A stretch of 64,000 bases of DNA from a virus (Duplodnaviria; Caudoviricetes). The DNA is taken from positions 32,001 through 96,000 of the IMG/VR virus record IMGVR_UViG_3300017721_001026. One strand, given 5' to 3'. The position numbers and the translations under genes were made by a program. This document shows, piece after piece, positions 22,201-31,937 of the stretch; the first letter of the stretch is position 1; each line of letters starts with the position of its first letter. The notes below the pieces were generated by a model that did no database searches, was not told the DNA's origin, and saw only the letters and a list, made by a program, of their open reading frames with translations.

Positions 22201-25200
22201 GTAGTTTTATCAAATTAGAACCTTTGGAAATAAATGATACTTCATTAATTGGTCCAGAAGCAGTCGTTGAAATTGTGGAATATGTTATTGTAGCAAGTCC
22301 AGCAACGTAACTATTTGAGTCTGGTGCATCAAACAATCGATATGAGAATGTTGTGTCTGTTGGTTTTCTTACATTAAAATTACCAGAAATGGGACTATCA
22401 ACAAACTCAACAATATTGAGATTATCAGTATCCAAAGAAATTAATGAGTAAGCTACTGGAACTTGTGCATTTTTTACTGGTTGTAAAATGTAATAAAGTT
22501 TTTGTGGGAAATGACCGTCATACTTTAAGTTTACTCTAGCAGTTAAGTCAACACCTAATCTGCCAGTTGTAGTTACACTAAAATCTCTACCTTTTTCCGA
22601 AGATAAAAATTCATGAGTTAATTCTTTGTCAGTAAAGAATTTGAGATTAAATGCAGAATATCTGATATTATTTCTTACATAAGAAAGACTAAAATCAGAT
22701 ACATCAAATACAAGTGTTTTATCTTTTACCAGTTTAATTGGTGGATTAACTACTAATAATCTACCAGTTGACTGATTTGTAATATTTACTATTCCACCAT
22801 TATTTGGTTCGAGTAGTTTAATGGTATTTTTATTAACAACATTAACTTTATAAACACCATTATTTGCCAATCCACCAGGAGGTGTAATTGATTCTAAAAT
22901 CAAACTTTGATTACTATTTAATCCATGGTTATTGATGGTGATGGTATTAAACTCAGCATTAATATCATCATGAACAAAATCAAATTTACCTACAGCAAAC
23001 TTATTATTTGTTTGGTTATAGAAAACTTGAAGTGTTTTTTCAATATTGGGACGACAGTCAGTGGTAATTTCATCGTCGAAGATTAAATTATGCTTTTCGG
23101 AAGTTGTAAAAGTTGCCTCATAAGTTGTTATGTCAACTCTCTTCACATCATCATATCGTGTAAAGAAACTATGATTGTCTCCTGAACCATGACTTGTAAA
23201 TGTTAGTAGTTCCGTAACACTTCCCAAACCAACAGGTCCAGTTGATCCAACACCAACAGGTCTAGAAGAGACTCCAACAAATCCATTGGGGAAAGGATAT
23301 GCATAATATGGTCTATCTTTAATTAGATTAAAGTTATCACCGAAAGACTCTACTGTTACTGGACCAGAAGTGTAATCATAATAAATTTTATCATTAACCT
23401 GTAATGTATTGTTTGGAATATAAATTCTATCTCCAGTAACAAATCTTGAAGCACTTCCTGCACCAGGATTCAAAATATCTAATGTAGATCCAATACCAAG
23501 ACCAACAGATTCTCTAGGATCAAAATAATACTGAGTATTGAAACGAGAACCAGATTCTGCAAAATCATTAATCAAGAATTTTCTTGTATACTCAGATAAT
23601 GCGGTTCCTACTGGATAACTAGTTCCAATTGTTCCATTTACCTCTCTTTGTACTCTAAGTCTAGAATTTTGAGTATCAATATTTAAAATTTTAATTTGCT
23701 CTTCAAAGTTTCCATACTCAATTTTATAGATGTCATTGGGAAGAATTTTAATAACGTTTTGAGTAGAATCCAACCCAAAAACATTCATATAAGTAACGAT
23801 ACCAGTTACTGAAGGAGTATCGATTACAGTACCAGTTCCAATTCCAGACAATTCTAAGTCTCTGGTTACTGCAATTAATTCCACACCAATTTCAGTCCCA
23901 CTGCTCAAATCATCGATTCTTCCTGGACCAGTATACTGATCATGTGGACCACTACAAATTGCAACCACATTTCTAGTTTGTGGATTGGAAACAATTTCAA
24001 CATTTACAATTGATGAAGTTGCTACAGAAACATTTGTTACACTTGTCCCACCAATACTAGAAATTCTAGCAAGTGGTCTTTTGGTATTTCCACCACTTTC
24101 ACTGAAAATAACTTTATCACCAACTTTAAAGTCTTTTCCTCCAGCAAATACTAAAAGATCATCAACTTTTCCAGGAGATACTGATTTAACTCTAGACTTA
24201 ACATCAATTACCGATGTTGGATTGAAAAGATACTTATATTGACCAAATTCTGTAGATACATTTTGTGGGGTAATATTTCTTAAAAGACCTTCAGTCTTAT
24301 AAGTTTTACTTGTCAAATCACTTTCTTCTGAGAAGAATGATGCTTGATTTATAGAGGAATTGAAATTAAATTCAATTGGTTTTGATTTAAATTTTTCACC
24401 AATAACATATGGATATTCTGGTAACTTAAAGTTTTTAAAGGAAGAATCATTATTACCAATAGTGGCAAAGTATGCATATACACCATTTGGATATTCTGGT
24501 GTTAAGCAAAATCTTCCATTAAATTGATCTAAATCACCATCACTAAACCATTCGTAATCGTTACAGAAAAATCCTAAAGGATAGATGGTAACTGATGGTC
24601 TATTTGCAATTGCTCTCTTCTTATAACCACTTTGCATTCTTTTAATACCACCACTTCCATCTGAATTTGTAAATCCATATGGACCGTAAATTGGATTACC
24701 ATCATATGCCCACCCTATAATAGGTGAGTGCAAGGTAGAATCAGTTTCCCTATTCAGATTATCTAAAACTAGATCTGGATTAAATGTAGTTCTACCATTT
24801 ACAACTTTCTTATTGTAAATATTTTGTCTTAATTTTCTTGGTGCATAACAATGACTATATTGAAGAAGACCATACTCATCAGCTTCTCTATTAGATATTG
24901 TCGAATCTTGATGTAAGAATCCATCATCATCATATATTTGATTACTATTAAGTGCTCGTTCTACTTCATTTACATTCCATCTTATAATTTTTGCTTTAAA
25001 TTTAGATCCTGCTCCCGCAGATACAACTTCTATCTCAGTAGAATCATTATAATCAGCACCACCATTTTTCACAATAACATCTTGTAGTCTCCCATCATTA
25101 TCAATAATTGGAATTAATTCAGCACCAAATCCATCACCATCAGTAAAAATCTGAACTGTTGGTGTGGAAACATATTTTTGTCCAGAATTCTGAATAATAA

Positions 25201-28200
25201 TTGATTTAATTTCACCATCAATGATAAATGGTTTTACTGAAGCAAGTTTGCCTGGTTCAGCAGTTATGTTTGGTTGTCTTTCATAGTTAAAGATATTTGT
25301 ACATCCATATCCAACACCATGACCTTCTAAGAATACTTCGGTAATCTCACCTCTTACAATTGGTAAAATCTGAGGTTGTATTGATTTGGTATCATTACTT
25401 GATGGTGTAATATTAATTTCGATATTTGGATATCTAAAATATTGCTTACCACTACCTTCTGTAGTCAGTTCAACAAAAGTTCTTTGATTGAAATAATAAT
25501 CTTTTGATAAAGTTCCAATACCGATAGATGATAATCTAAAGTTATTATTATCTACTCTAGAAACATAATAATCAGTTCCACTTGATAAACCTGCAATTGG
25601 TGTATTAGTTGACTCATATGTAATTAATTCACCACTGTTAAATCCATGATTTGGGAGATTAATAGTATTTGTATAGTAATTAATCGGTGAAGTAATCACT
25701 GATGGATCATATGAAACCTTTCTATATGTAAAATCATCGGATGAATAATTTACATTTAACCCCGAAAGTCTTTTCTTCTTCTTTACAGCATCAAATTTAT
25801 GGAATCCCTCTCCAAATTCGGTTAGATCAATTGCTTTAAGATTATTCTTAGCATCGATTTCTGAATTGTGAAGAGTAAATGAAGTATTGCCAACTATACC
25901 AACATAATAAATTGCTTTATTTTTTAAACCACCAATTTCTTGATCATTTAGTTCGCAGTTGTAAATAACTCTTTCACCAGGTGAAAATAAATGATCCTCA
26001 AGAGTAATAATTGTATCTGTAGATACTCCAACATTAAAACCACTACTGGAATCAATGGTTACACCATGAGTATAAGTTTCCATTATGGGTGAAACATCGC
26101 ATGATGTTCCATTTCCACCAGTTACTTTTACAGTAGGATCATTCAAATAATTATAACCACCACCAAGAACTTTAAGTTCTCGTATAGAACCCTGAACTAC
26201 AAAATTACCAGTCGCACCAATTCCTCCGTTATTAATTCCATCAGCATTTTCACCATCAAAGAATTCTAGTGCTGGAGGGTTTATAACATCATAATCCTCA
26301 CCACCAGATAAGATCTCTACAAATTCAATTCCACCATAATAGATATTATTTTTTGATTTATAGTTTAATAGTTCAACACCATTTCTAAAAATGCCAATTT
26401 TTCCAGGAACTGTTTCGACTGGATTTGACTGATCTACTGGTTGTTCAATTTTTTTAACCAATCGTTTTGATTTTAAGACAAATGGTTCAGATATGTTAAG
26501 TACTTTTTCAATGTCAAAGAAATCGGAATAATAGAAAATTGCATCAGTGACATTTCCAGTTAGGGAAAGGTAATCTTTTGTGTATACTCTGTTTAAACTA
26601 GTAGATAACTTAACGGTCTTACTATCTACTACAGTAACATAATATCTACCATTTGGTAATGGAATTAAATTTCCACTACTATCAAAAGTGTTTAATCTAT
26701 TACTATCATCATCTTCAGAATATATGATTGAATCCCCAGTATAGAAAGAATGATTTATTTCTGCAGTTGTTGGATTACTATCTTGCCCAACTTTAATTTC
26801 TTTATTTCCAGTTAAATCATTTGAGATATTTAAACTAAATTGAATTCTCTTATCATTTGTACTTAATCTAGAATTTCCATAATTTGGTAATGATGATGCA
26901 GCAATATACATCTCATCAGCAAAAGAATCTGGTCTGTAAATATTTTGAACATCTGTTACATAATTATTTGCTTCTGGGAAGAATATGAAATTTGCTTTAT
27001 TTAATTTTCTCTCAATTACAAATGACTTTGGAGCTGTTAAATCAACTAGAGATTCTGCTGTTATAATGTATTGATTAATACTTTCTCTTGCAGACACAAA
27101 AATATTATATGATGTATTATTGTTATCAATCAAGAAGAATTTGTCAAAAGAAGTTAAGTCAAAATTTCCGTCAACATCACATCTATATGTTTTATTGATT
27201 GAACTCAATAATTCTAAATTTGAAATATTATATGTACCAGTAGCATTATAGGTCCAATTATTGTATTTTCCAGTTCTTTCTCTCAATCCTAAAGTATTGA
27301 ACTTAATTGGATCACCTTGTTCAAAATATGAACTTTCATCTGGTTTAATACCACTTAAGACTTGAGTAACTCTAAAGTAATGTGTTTCTTCATCACTTAT
27401 ATCAATGTATGCATATCTTCTAGAAGATACTAAAGTTCCTCTAGGAATATCAAATTCTACATCAGATACTTCAAAAAATTCATTTACAGTTTTTCCTGAA
27501 TATGATAACTGTTCTACAATAAACTCATTATTAGCAACATTGTAGACATCAAGAGATCCACTATCCTCAAATGATAGTGTAGAATCTACCTGTAAAAATT
27601 CAGGCCATTCATCAGCAGTACCTACAAAATCTTCAATAACTTTTGTGGTTGCTGTAGTAACAAAGGTTCCAAAAACAGTACCGTCAACAGTAATATCTTT
27701 ATCATAGTCACCATCAAGACTTACGAGATAGTATCTTATACCATTTCTCTCAATTCTTTCGACGTTAGTGATGGTTCCATATGCAGTAAGTTCATCTGGA
27801 TCACTAATTGCGTCACTTTCTGGTTGCTTTAAAGTTCTATGTAAGATTATATCAGTAAAATCTGTTGTCTGATCATCAGAATATAAAACTAAGTCCCTAG
27901 TTTTTCTATTAGAAGAAGAACTTGGTTCAAAAACATAGTCTGATGGAATAATTACATCTACTGATTTATTATATAATGCTTTGAATAATATTTCAAATGA
28001 GTTTTTAGTTCCTTTAGATCTATAAAAATCACTAACATGCTTATAAAATAATCTTTCATTTACATCATAATTTAAAATTCTCTCCTCAAATCCTGGTGCA
28101 ATTTGAGACTTTAATTTTTTAAAGAACTCATCTAGGAATAATGCACTTAAGTTATGAACAATTGTTCCATCAAAATGCTCTCTCTTAGAAGTATTTTTGA

Positions 28201-28627
28201 ATGTTAGTTCATCACCAAATTCGGTTATACCATTAAATCCCCGAATAACACCTTTAAATTCAGTTTCTGTTTTTGATGTATACGTTACAATCTCATATTC
28301 ATCTTCATATTCAACGTTACCTATACCAAGTAGACCAAAGGCATATGGATATCCTGAAGTACTTTCGACGGGAATTACATCATCATCATAATCTAATCTG
28401 CTACCACCAACGGGAAGAACTATACTTGTTTCTCTTGGAGTCAGTAAAATATTATCTAAATTGACATATTTGTCAATATTAGACAACAAATCATAAGAAG
28501 CTCCTGGAATTTCATTAGATTCTTGATATTGACGTAGAAAATCCTTAAATAACGGAAATTCATCATTTATAAAATCTGGAATTTGATTTTCCAGAACCTG
28601 AGATAGACGAATTCTTCTTATATCCAT
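16253..28627 (-). CDS. g7: Giant baseplate wedge protein (gp7-like initiator) with repeat domains and a YHYH-like domain
   Basis: Follows g6. N-terminus QIPDFI..FYRSKGT.NSFEILFKALY; LHDSDYYQYFSYSLKS..HPGGFKKFS; HSPIIGWAYDGNPIYGPYG..PEYPNGVYAYF; 4124 aa. Confidence 0.78.
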   Translation of the reverse strand: MDIRRIRLSQVLENQIPDFINDEFPLFKDFLRQYQESNEIPGASYDLLSNIDKYVNLDNILLTPRETSIVLPVGGSRLDYDDDVIPVESTSGYPYAFGLLGIGNVEYEDEYEIVTYTSKTETEFKGVIRGFNGITEFGDELTFKNTSKREHFDGTIVHNLSALFLDEFFKKLKSQIAPGFEERILNYDVNERLFYKHVSDFYRSKGTKNSFEILFKALYNKSVDVIIPSDYVFEPSSSSNRKTRDLVLYSDDQTTDFTDIILHRTLKQPESDAISDPDELTAYGTITNVERIERNGIRYYLVSLDGDYDKDITVDGTVFGTFVTTATTKVIEDFVGTADEWPEFLQVDSTLSFEDSGSLDVYNVANNEFIVEQLSYSGKTVNEFFEVSDVEFDIPRGTLVSSRRYAYIDISDEETHYFRVTQVLSGIKPDESSYFEQGDPIKFNTLGLRERTGKYNNWTYNATGTYNISNLELLSSINKTYRCDVDGNFDLTSFDKFFLIDNNNTSYNIFVSARESINQYIITAESLVDLTAPKSFVIERKLNKANFIFFPEANNYVTDVQNIYRPDSFADEMYIAASSLPNYGNSRLSTNDKRIQFSLNISNDLTGNKEIKVGQDSNPTTAEINHSFYTGDSIIYSEDDDSNRLNTFDSSGNLIPLPNGRYYVTVVDSKTVKLSTSLNRVYTKDYLSLTGNVTDAIFYYSDFFDIEKVLNISEPFVLKSKRLVKKIEQPVDQSNPVETVPGKIGIFRNGVELLNYKSKNNIYYGGIEFVEILSGGEDYDVINPPALEFFDGENADGINNGGIGATGNFVVQGSIRELKVLGGGYNYLNDPTVKVTGGNGTSCDVSPIMETYTHGVTIDSSSGFNVGVSTDTIITLEDHLFSPGERVIYNCELNDQEIGGLKNKAIYYVGIVGNTSFTLHNSEIDAKNNLKAIDLTEFGEGFHKFDAVKKKKRLSGLNVNYSSDDFTYRKVSYDPSVITSPINYYTNTINLPNHGFNSGELITYESTNTPIAGLSSGTDYYVSRVDNNNFRLSSIGIGTLSKDYYFNQRTFVELTTEGSGKQYFRYPNIEINITPSSNDTKSIQPQILPIVRGEITEVFLEGHGVGYGCTNIFNYERQPNITAEPGKLASVKPFIIDGEIKSIIIQNSGQKYVSTPTVQIFTDGDGFGAELIPIIDNDGRLQDVIVKNGGADYNDSTEIEVVSAGAGSKFKAKIIRWNVNEVERALNSNQIYDDDGFLHQDSTISNREADEYGLLQYSHCYAPRKLRQNIYNKKVVNGRTTFNPDLVLDNLNRETDSTLHSPIIGWAYDGNPIYGPYGFTNSDGSGGIKRMQSGYKKRAIANRPSVTIYPLGFFCNDYEWFSDGDLDQFNGRFCLTPEYPNGVYAYFATIGNNDSSFKNFKLPEYPYVIGEKFKSKPIEFNFNSSINQASFFSEESDLTSKTYKTEGLLRNITPQNVSTEFGQYKYLFNPTSVIDVKSRVKSVSPGKVDDLLVFAGGKDFKVGDKVIFSESGGNTKRPLARISSIGGTSVTNVSVATSSIVNVEIVSNPQTRNVVAICSGPHDQYTGPGRIDDLSSGTEIGVELIAVTRDLELSGIGTGTVIDTPSVTGIVTYMNVFGLDSTQNVIKILPNDIYKIEYGNFEEQIKILNIDTQNSRLRVQREVNGTIGTSYPVGTALSEYTRKFLINDFAESGSRFNTQYYFDPRESVGLGIGSTLDILNPGAGSASRFVTGDRIYIPNNTLQVNDKIYYDYTSGPVTVESFGDNFNLIKDRPYYAYPFPNGFVGVSSRPVGVGSTGPVGLGSVTELLTFTSHGSGDNHSFFTRYDDVKRVDITTYEATFTTSEKHNLIFDDEITTDCRPNIEKTLQVFYNQTNNKFAVGKFDFVHDDINAEFNTITINNHGLNSNQSLILESITPPGGLANNGVYKVNVVNKNTIKLLEPNNGGIVNITNQSTGRLLVVNPPIKLVKDKTLVFDVSDFSLSYVRNNIRYSAFNLKFFTDKELTHEFLSSEKGRDFSVTTTGRLGVDLTARVNLKYDGHFPQKLYYILQPVKNAQVPVAYSLISLDTDNLNIVEFVDSPISGNFNVRKPTDTTFSYRLFDAPDSNSYVAGLATITYSTISTTASGPINEVSFISKGSNLIKLPLIEKVESESGVDSIVFPRSNTIGISKDIEIDDIGFEFPSDNTLRPRAYTPTIYKIDPLTSIGNIDVIEKGTRYTILPDLVLIDGYTNKIVEDVDLRYVNEDGFKVQVIKNTKNLYDVEPRLLPINNSNGYKILTMKYDSGTKDVEVTLDVVGFSTITAWPFPVGSQFMIEGVVTRSPSTDEGYNSSDYGYKKLFTVKTQDPNIGGQIPSFTFNMGDFVKTTAGPGVFNDLVTSGRVIPESLFPTFKVNRIANKYFENEVITNGVSEDLVVSWDIKNELLKVFTSFPERYNIGDVIRGKTSASSGTLTEVVGITSLTYVYDSSNSDRYKPYDRKGYLNEETQRLHDSDYYQYFSYSLKSEVGIGSWKEPIESLAHPGGFKKFSELQVISDNDDQIGINSSGISADQNNSGFLGISDFTSYYDLNCVHDIDLVTENNILNKISDEIRFNSLILVDYFESIGNRVLIVDDISEEFNSNPRATAFSMVDTFSLRKFRSKKYVMFTSNKKFPGERQMIIVNVLHNNIYGFITQYGRVETNDIHGYFDIGVFEDNGLLLFYPIEPKFTDFNISGYQYTISDSISGVATHYISGHSDSIGFAGVQTALLPQGTSTSTKIVGIDSSYTSAKVLVTLESSDLQYFQYDEFNIVHDGTDIHNIEFSTLATDNFASQDVSLGLGTYQFEYNGNDLEVKLTPNSGLSTNYDVTSTVVAISDTSRTGTGSSQFNTTLTTVGLGSTTSVSPFAGVNTSIQLLEFDTSYKGFNAYVSIEDMTNNIVQMSELVFTHNETDAYITEFGRVSNRGIFEDVGLGTFTTYVDPSTKKARLEFVPYPADPGFTREIEVRLFTHQLQLVDLGISENYYEYENGKFSTLHGTYTGTQNDIKRSFELRHQGDLIFERTFDSSALGTTVSTDENVLILPNHFFVSGELVNYTVPSEDDIRIGIDTTTIVGIGTTDKLPTDLYVVKVNDSKIKFADSAENALKFNPVTLTLNSVGVGTLHKITATNKDAKGIFTIDNMMQSPVVGLAVTTSVVEDVSLDLTLINTVGITSFFAADVIQIDDEVMLIETVGVGTQDKIRVRRPWLGTELGIHTAGALVTKLKGDYKIVGSVINFTSAPYGKVPITVDVNQYGVPFVDPSERDYTGITTNSYFHGRTFMRSGIVDESEETYTKNYIFDDISTKFTGIRTSFDMKFNGQDVVGLSTDNAVVLVKDIFQQPTRPGVSSISGNYEFVEVGGKTKILFDGSISSDDFTATDGQDINVPNLPVGGVIVNIGSTTGLAYQPLVAAGATATISGLGSITAVSIANSGSGYRPGIQTHINVLAQTPSDVSIIGYATALNGHITGVAITNAGTAYTSTNPPLIRFDSPLSYTDIPLIYSSDSPNEGIGRTASIDMFVSRDTTIGEFKFNNNGYAYGQGEILTVAIGGSTGIPTDTSKTFEEFQITVNETHSDEFNSWSLGQLQQLDSLDDQFNGITRVFPISFQGDRLSIRARPGSQIDVSATLLIFINDVLQIPNQAYTFKGGSLIIFAEPIPEEYTSRILFYRGTRDVDVEEVDIVEPIEVGDKVKIMSDVAFQTENKRTVEDILSSDIILTNPYSGIGRLNDETIERPLMACKQTEDLFINGEYVGKDRTLYEPYIFPTTNLIQPVGVDTTVAWVEATSTFFDNNKENLASKKLGQIQIVSQDEARTGIVSAVVSGIGSITIITIANVGTGYTFAPQISVGPPSSGGTQATATCTISNGSINTVTVTNSGLGYTGTQLPSVNVEPPKVYIEPIRQVEYNGDYGSIVSVANTTVGVGSTALELSLHIPRDSFIRDLGINPGGITTEGITGLVTSYYFTASRTNVGNGITAFYNDGSTLSISTDKFNNIFQVYDIDRTTESIPGIGVTNIVKITTLVESPIDLAENLGTFDNDQETFDSTILTLDNDGEDNGYFGNFSWGRINWHPTKSRKEPLEFTSYHESGVAGISTSPFVRRTFHLRSKLYTQY

Positions 28628-28639
28628 TTTATGTTTAAA

Positions 28640-30583
28640 TTAGAATCTTGGTCGGATGACGTTGTTATCGAAATTAGATGGTGTAGAAATAAATCTATTT
28701 CCAGTGGGATCAGCACCAGATAAAATGTTATCTTCAATAACATTTATGTTAGACTCACCAGTATCAAATTGTAAAAACAAATCCTGAAGTCCAATAATAT
28801 CGTTTGACTTAGGAATGGCTGATATTTGTATTGTTTGATTTGTTTCAATATCTGTTGATGTTATATTTATTGCACTTATATTAATTTCACCTTTATCATA
28901 ATCTATAGTTCCAACTCTCCTTCTTACAATCTCCGCAGAAGATCTTGGTTGATCTTCTGTGCCTTCTTCGGTAACTGTTGCATCTGGAATAGTGATTAGA
29001 ACAAGTTCACCTTTACCATTAATTCCAGGAATGTCGGAAAAGAATACAACCTTACTTATGCCACTCACTTTAAATCCACTGGACTTAATATTATAACCAG
29101 AAGATTTTAGAATTCTAAATGAATTACCAAAACAAACTTCATACTCTGCCAATCTATTTAATATCGATCGCATATCTCTACGAATTCTTACTTCTGTTAT
29201 ATTTGAAGTAATTGATCTATCAGATTGATCGATTAAGGTTGTAAATTTAGTATATCTAAATCTAGAACCATACATGTTCATCTCTTCACTATCAGCAAAC
29301 TTGTCTAAAGTTTTAATTACATTTTGACTTACTGTATATGCATCCTTTGCCAATGATGGATTATAGTATGCAGTAACATCAGATTCAACGTATAAGAATT
29401 TTGTATCTAGAATCTCTGGAACAATTCCTGCTACAGAATAACTTCTAAGTTCTTTCTTAATACTATCCTTTAAACTGTTTGATAAAAACAAACCAGTTTT
29501 TGGTTTAATTGTAATAAAAACTTTTCCAAATCTTGGTGGATTAAGTTCTTCTCCACCAAAAGCATTAATAGAATCTGTTTCAGGATATACACTTCTTACA
29601 ATAGTTTCATAATCTCTTGCAGTTACTGCTCTTCCTTGAGATGAGTAGAATCTAGTAGCATAATTTTTGATAGATTGTGCAGATTCAATACTAGAACCAC
29701 CTCTAGCAGATTGAATTAAAACGGCATCAGAAATATTTCTCTGAATTAGATTACCATTATTGTCATAAAAGTTTCCATTTATTTTAAATGTTGATGCTCC
29801 GTTGGCATCTCCACCATTACAAGTAATATATGATATTTCAACTATATTATCATTCACCAACTCTCTACCAAATACACCATCACCAAAAATTATTTCATAT
29901 TTTTCATCTTCTACTTCCTGTATAAAGAATACTTTTGAAGTCCCACCAACTTCAGTAATTGATGTTGCCATCTTATATACAATAGAATCATTAGAAAAGA
30001 AATTATCTTTTACAGTAACTCTAATCGTACTATAATCTATTCCCACATTTGAAAGAATAAATCTTTGATCTTGAATGTTACTATCTACAGTAAACGTTTC
30101 AGTCAGAAGAGTACCTTCATAGATTGCTACATTATCGAAAGTTGCTCTATCCTGAAAAATTGATGCTGTGATATCATCTGGAATACAAAAAGTAAATCCA
30201 CCAGAAGATCTATTATTTGTGTTTACAGCAACGTTCCCTTTCCTTAATGTGATTGAACGGGGTGCTGATGGGAAATCTGAAGAATCAATAAAGAAACTAA
30301 CTCTTGCTTGTGCAGAAGTTCTAGGTCTCGGTAGATAACCAACGTTTCGTGCAAGGGAAACTACATTTTCTCTTAGAGTTGCACTATCAATAAAGACCTC
30401 ATTACTAAGCATATTTGCGTTGTATGCCGCAATATATGTGTTATAGGCAAGTAGATCAATGATTATTGATAAAGTAGACCCTTCAAAGTCATAATCAGTA
30501 AATGCACTATTAGAACGCAAGTATGACTTGAGTGTATCTTTTATCTGATCAAAGTCTAGACTCGTAAAATTTGTAATTGCCAT
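28640..30583 (-). CDS. g6: Baseplate wedge subunit gp6-like
   Basis: LDFDQIK..TDYDFEGS.LS..DLLAYNT..NEVFIDSATLRENVVSLA; QGRAVTARDYE; AFGGEE..PP.FGKVFI. Confidence 0.93.
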   Translation of the reverse strand: MAITNFTSLDFDQIKDTLKSYLRSNSAFTDYDFEGSTLSIIIDLLAYNTYIAAYNANMLSNEVFIDSATLRENVVSLARNVGYLPRPRTSAQARVSFFIDSSDFPSAPRSITLRKGNVAVNTNNRSSGGFTFCIPDDITASIFQDRATFDNVAIYEGTLLTETFTVDSNIQDQRFILSNVGIDYSTIRVTVKDNFFSNDSIVYKMATSITEVGGTSKVFFIQEVEDEKYEIIFGDGVFGRELVNDNIVEISYITCNGGDANGASTFKINGNFYDNNGNLIQRNISDAVLIQSARGGSSIESAQSIKNYATRFYSSQGRAVTARDYETIVRSVYPETDSINAFGGEELNPPRFGKVFITIKPKTGLFLSNSLKDSIKKELRSYSVAGIVPEILDTKFLYVESDVTAYYNPSLAKDAYTVSQNVIKTLDKFADSEEMNMYGSRFRYTKFTTLIDQSDRSITSNITEVRIRRDMRSILNRLAEYEVCFGNSFRILKSSGYNIKSSGFKVSGISKVVFFSDIPGINGKGELVLITIPDATVTEEGTEDQPRSSAEIVRRRVGTIDYDKGEINISAINITSTDIETNQTIQISAIPKSNDIIGLQDLFLQFDTGESNINVIEDNILSGADPTGNRFISTPSNFDNNVIRPRF

Positions 30584-30985
30584 TTATCTTGTTGGTTGTA
30601 ATACGAAATTAAGTTCTTGTACTGAAATGTCAAGACCGACAATAGTATACCTAATGGTTATTTCATAGTCATTGCCATCATAATTTGGTATACATTTAAC
30701 TTTATCAAGTCTAACTCTTGGTTCGTTAATATTGATTGTAGATGAAATTTCGTCCTTAATTTGATCTGCAAGAACTGCACTCATAGGATTAAAGAGTAAT
30801 CTTGTTATTCTAGATCCAATATCTGGTTGAAAAAACCTTTCACCAGTGGCAGTTAGCACTAAATTACGAACAGACCTTGCAATAGCAACATCATCCTTCA
30901 ATTGAATTAGATCATTAGATAGAGGATTCCTATTAAAAGTTAGACTTAAGTCCCTAAATCCTCTACTTACCCGTTCTAAAGGCAT
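30584..30985 (-). CDS. g25: Baseplate wedge subunit gp25-like
   Basis: FRDLSLTF.RNP..AIARSVRNLVLT..GERFFQPDIGS..EPRV; start placed at MPLERV because the late-promoter-like TCTAAATA lies at 31015-31022. Confidence 0.92.
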   Translation of the reverse strand: MPLERVSRGFRDLSLTFNRNPLSNDLIQLKDDVAIARSVRNLVLTATGERFFQPDIGSRITRLLFNPMSAVLADQIKDEISSTININEPRVRLDKVKCIPNYDGNDYEITIRYTIVGLDISVQELNFVLQPTR

Positions 30986-31030
30986 CAGTATACACAAACT
31001 AGGTATTATCAACCTATTTAGACGATGATT

Positions 31031-31708
31031 TTATGCATCTCCATCAATCTCTTCTTCTTTTTTACGTTCTTGAGCAGTTTTCCAGAAATATTCATCTTCA
31101 CGACCCATTCCAAGACGTTCAAAACCATTTTCAACACTGTAATATTCTGTTGAAACCTTAAAATCAGGCATTTTTGGTTCTTCTGGAGTCAAACTGTTGT
31201 CAAAAATACGCATTCTATTGTTTGGATACAGTGCATACTGACCATTATTGAGTTCAATGAGGTTATGTGACTTATGTTCAGCAGGATTTTCACTTGTTGC
31301 ATAGTCAACAACGTCTGGATCTTGATGATAATTGTCTAAAGTACAAATATAAGTCCCTTTTTGAATACCAAAGTCTCTTGTATACAGTTCATAGTCCATA
31401 GAACCAATAAATTGCTTCTGAACTGAAACTACTCCATAGTCCATACAGTTCCAAAATTGAAGATTTGGAAGATTCATATCAGGATCTGGAGTTTTTGGTT
31501 CTGATAGAAAGGCACTGATCGGCAATTTATCATACATTGCTGCATATTCGGGTAAATATGTCTCAAAATAAAAAGCACGTCCAGGAATCGACTTTGCCGA
31601 TACCCAAACGCCCTTAACAAACTCACCATGACCGAATTGATGATCGGTGAGATATTCTTTTCTAACCCATACTTCCGTTGATGGAAGATTACAAATAAGT
31701 GCTGCCAT
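31031..31708 (-). CDS. Conserved cyanomyovirus hypothetical protein
   Basis: 225-aa ORF LICNLP..VWVRKEYL..QFWNCMDY..EHKSHN..GQYALYPNNR; late-promoter-like GTTAAATA at 31731-31738. Confidence 0.8.
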   Translation of the reverse strand: MAALICNLPSTEVWVRKEYLTDHQFGHGEFVKGVWVSAKSIPGRAFYFETYLPEYAAMYDKLPISAFLSEPKTPDPDMNLPNLQFWNCMDYGVVSVQKQFIGSMDYELYTRDFGIQKGTYICTLDNYHQDPDVVDYATSENPAEHKSHNLIELNNGQYALYPNNRMRIFDNSLTPEEPKMPDFKVSTEYYSVENGFERLGMGREDEYFWKTAQERKKEEEIDGDA

Positions 31709-31733
31709 TAAAAACAGTTAATATCTGTTCTAT

Positions 31734-31883
31734 TTAACGACCTTGACCACGATAACGTTTCTTCTTGCTATTACGGGAGGTTGCTGAAAGTTTAGTATGT
31801 TGACTTGCACCCTGTCGAGTCTTCTTAGGATTACCAGGAATGAAACTAGCACCCGATAATCCAACCTTTGAACGTACTGCCAT
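31734..31883 (-). CDS. Small basic protein, 49 aa (not in ORF track)
   Basis: MAVRSKVGLSGASFIPGNPKKTRQGASQHTKLSATSRNSKKKRYRGQGR*; GGAG upstream and its own sigma70-like promoter. Confidence 0.75.
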   Translation of the reverse strand: MAVRSKVGLSGASFIPGNPKKTRQGASQHTKLSATSRNSKKKRYRGQGR

Positions 31884-31908
31884 GTAACTCCGTTGTGTAT
31901 ACCCCCAT

Positions 31909-31937
31909 ATTATACAATATCATCGATGATATGTAAA
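31909..31937 (-). promoter_or_regulatory. Sigma70-like promoter with a palindrome in the spacer
   Basis: TTTACA-17 nt-TATAAT; perfect palindrome ATATCATCGATGATAT at 31917-31932. Confidence 0.7.

Noticed and set aside
2336-30035. Numerous plus-strand ORFs (e.g. 2589-3137, 17196-17591, 19083-19424) opposite structural genes
   Set aside because: Antisense shadows of long minus-strand genes with biased codon usage; no recognisable motifs.
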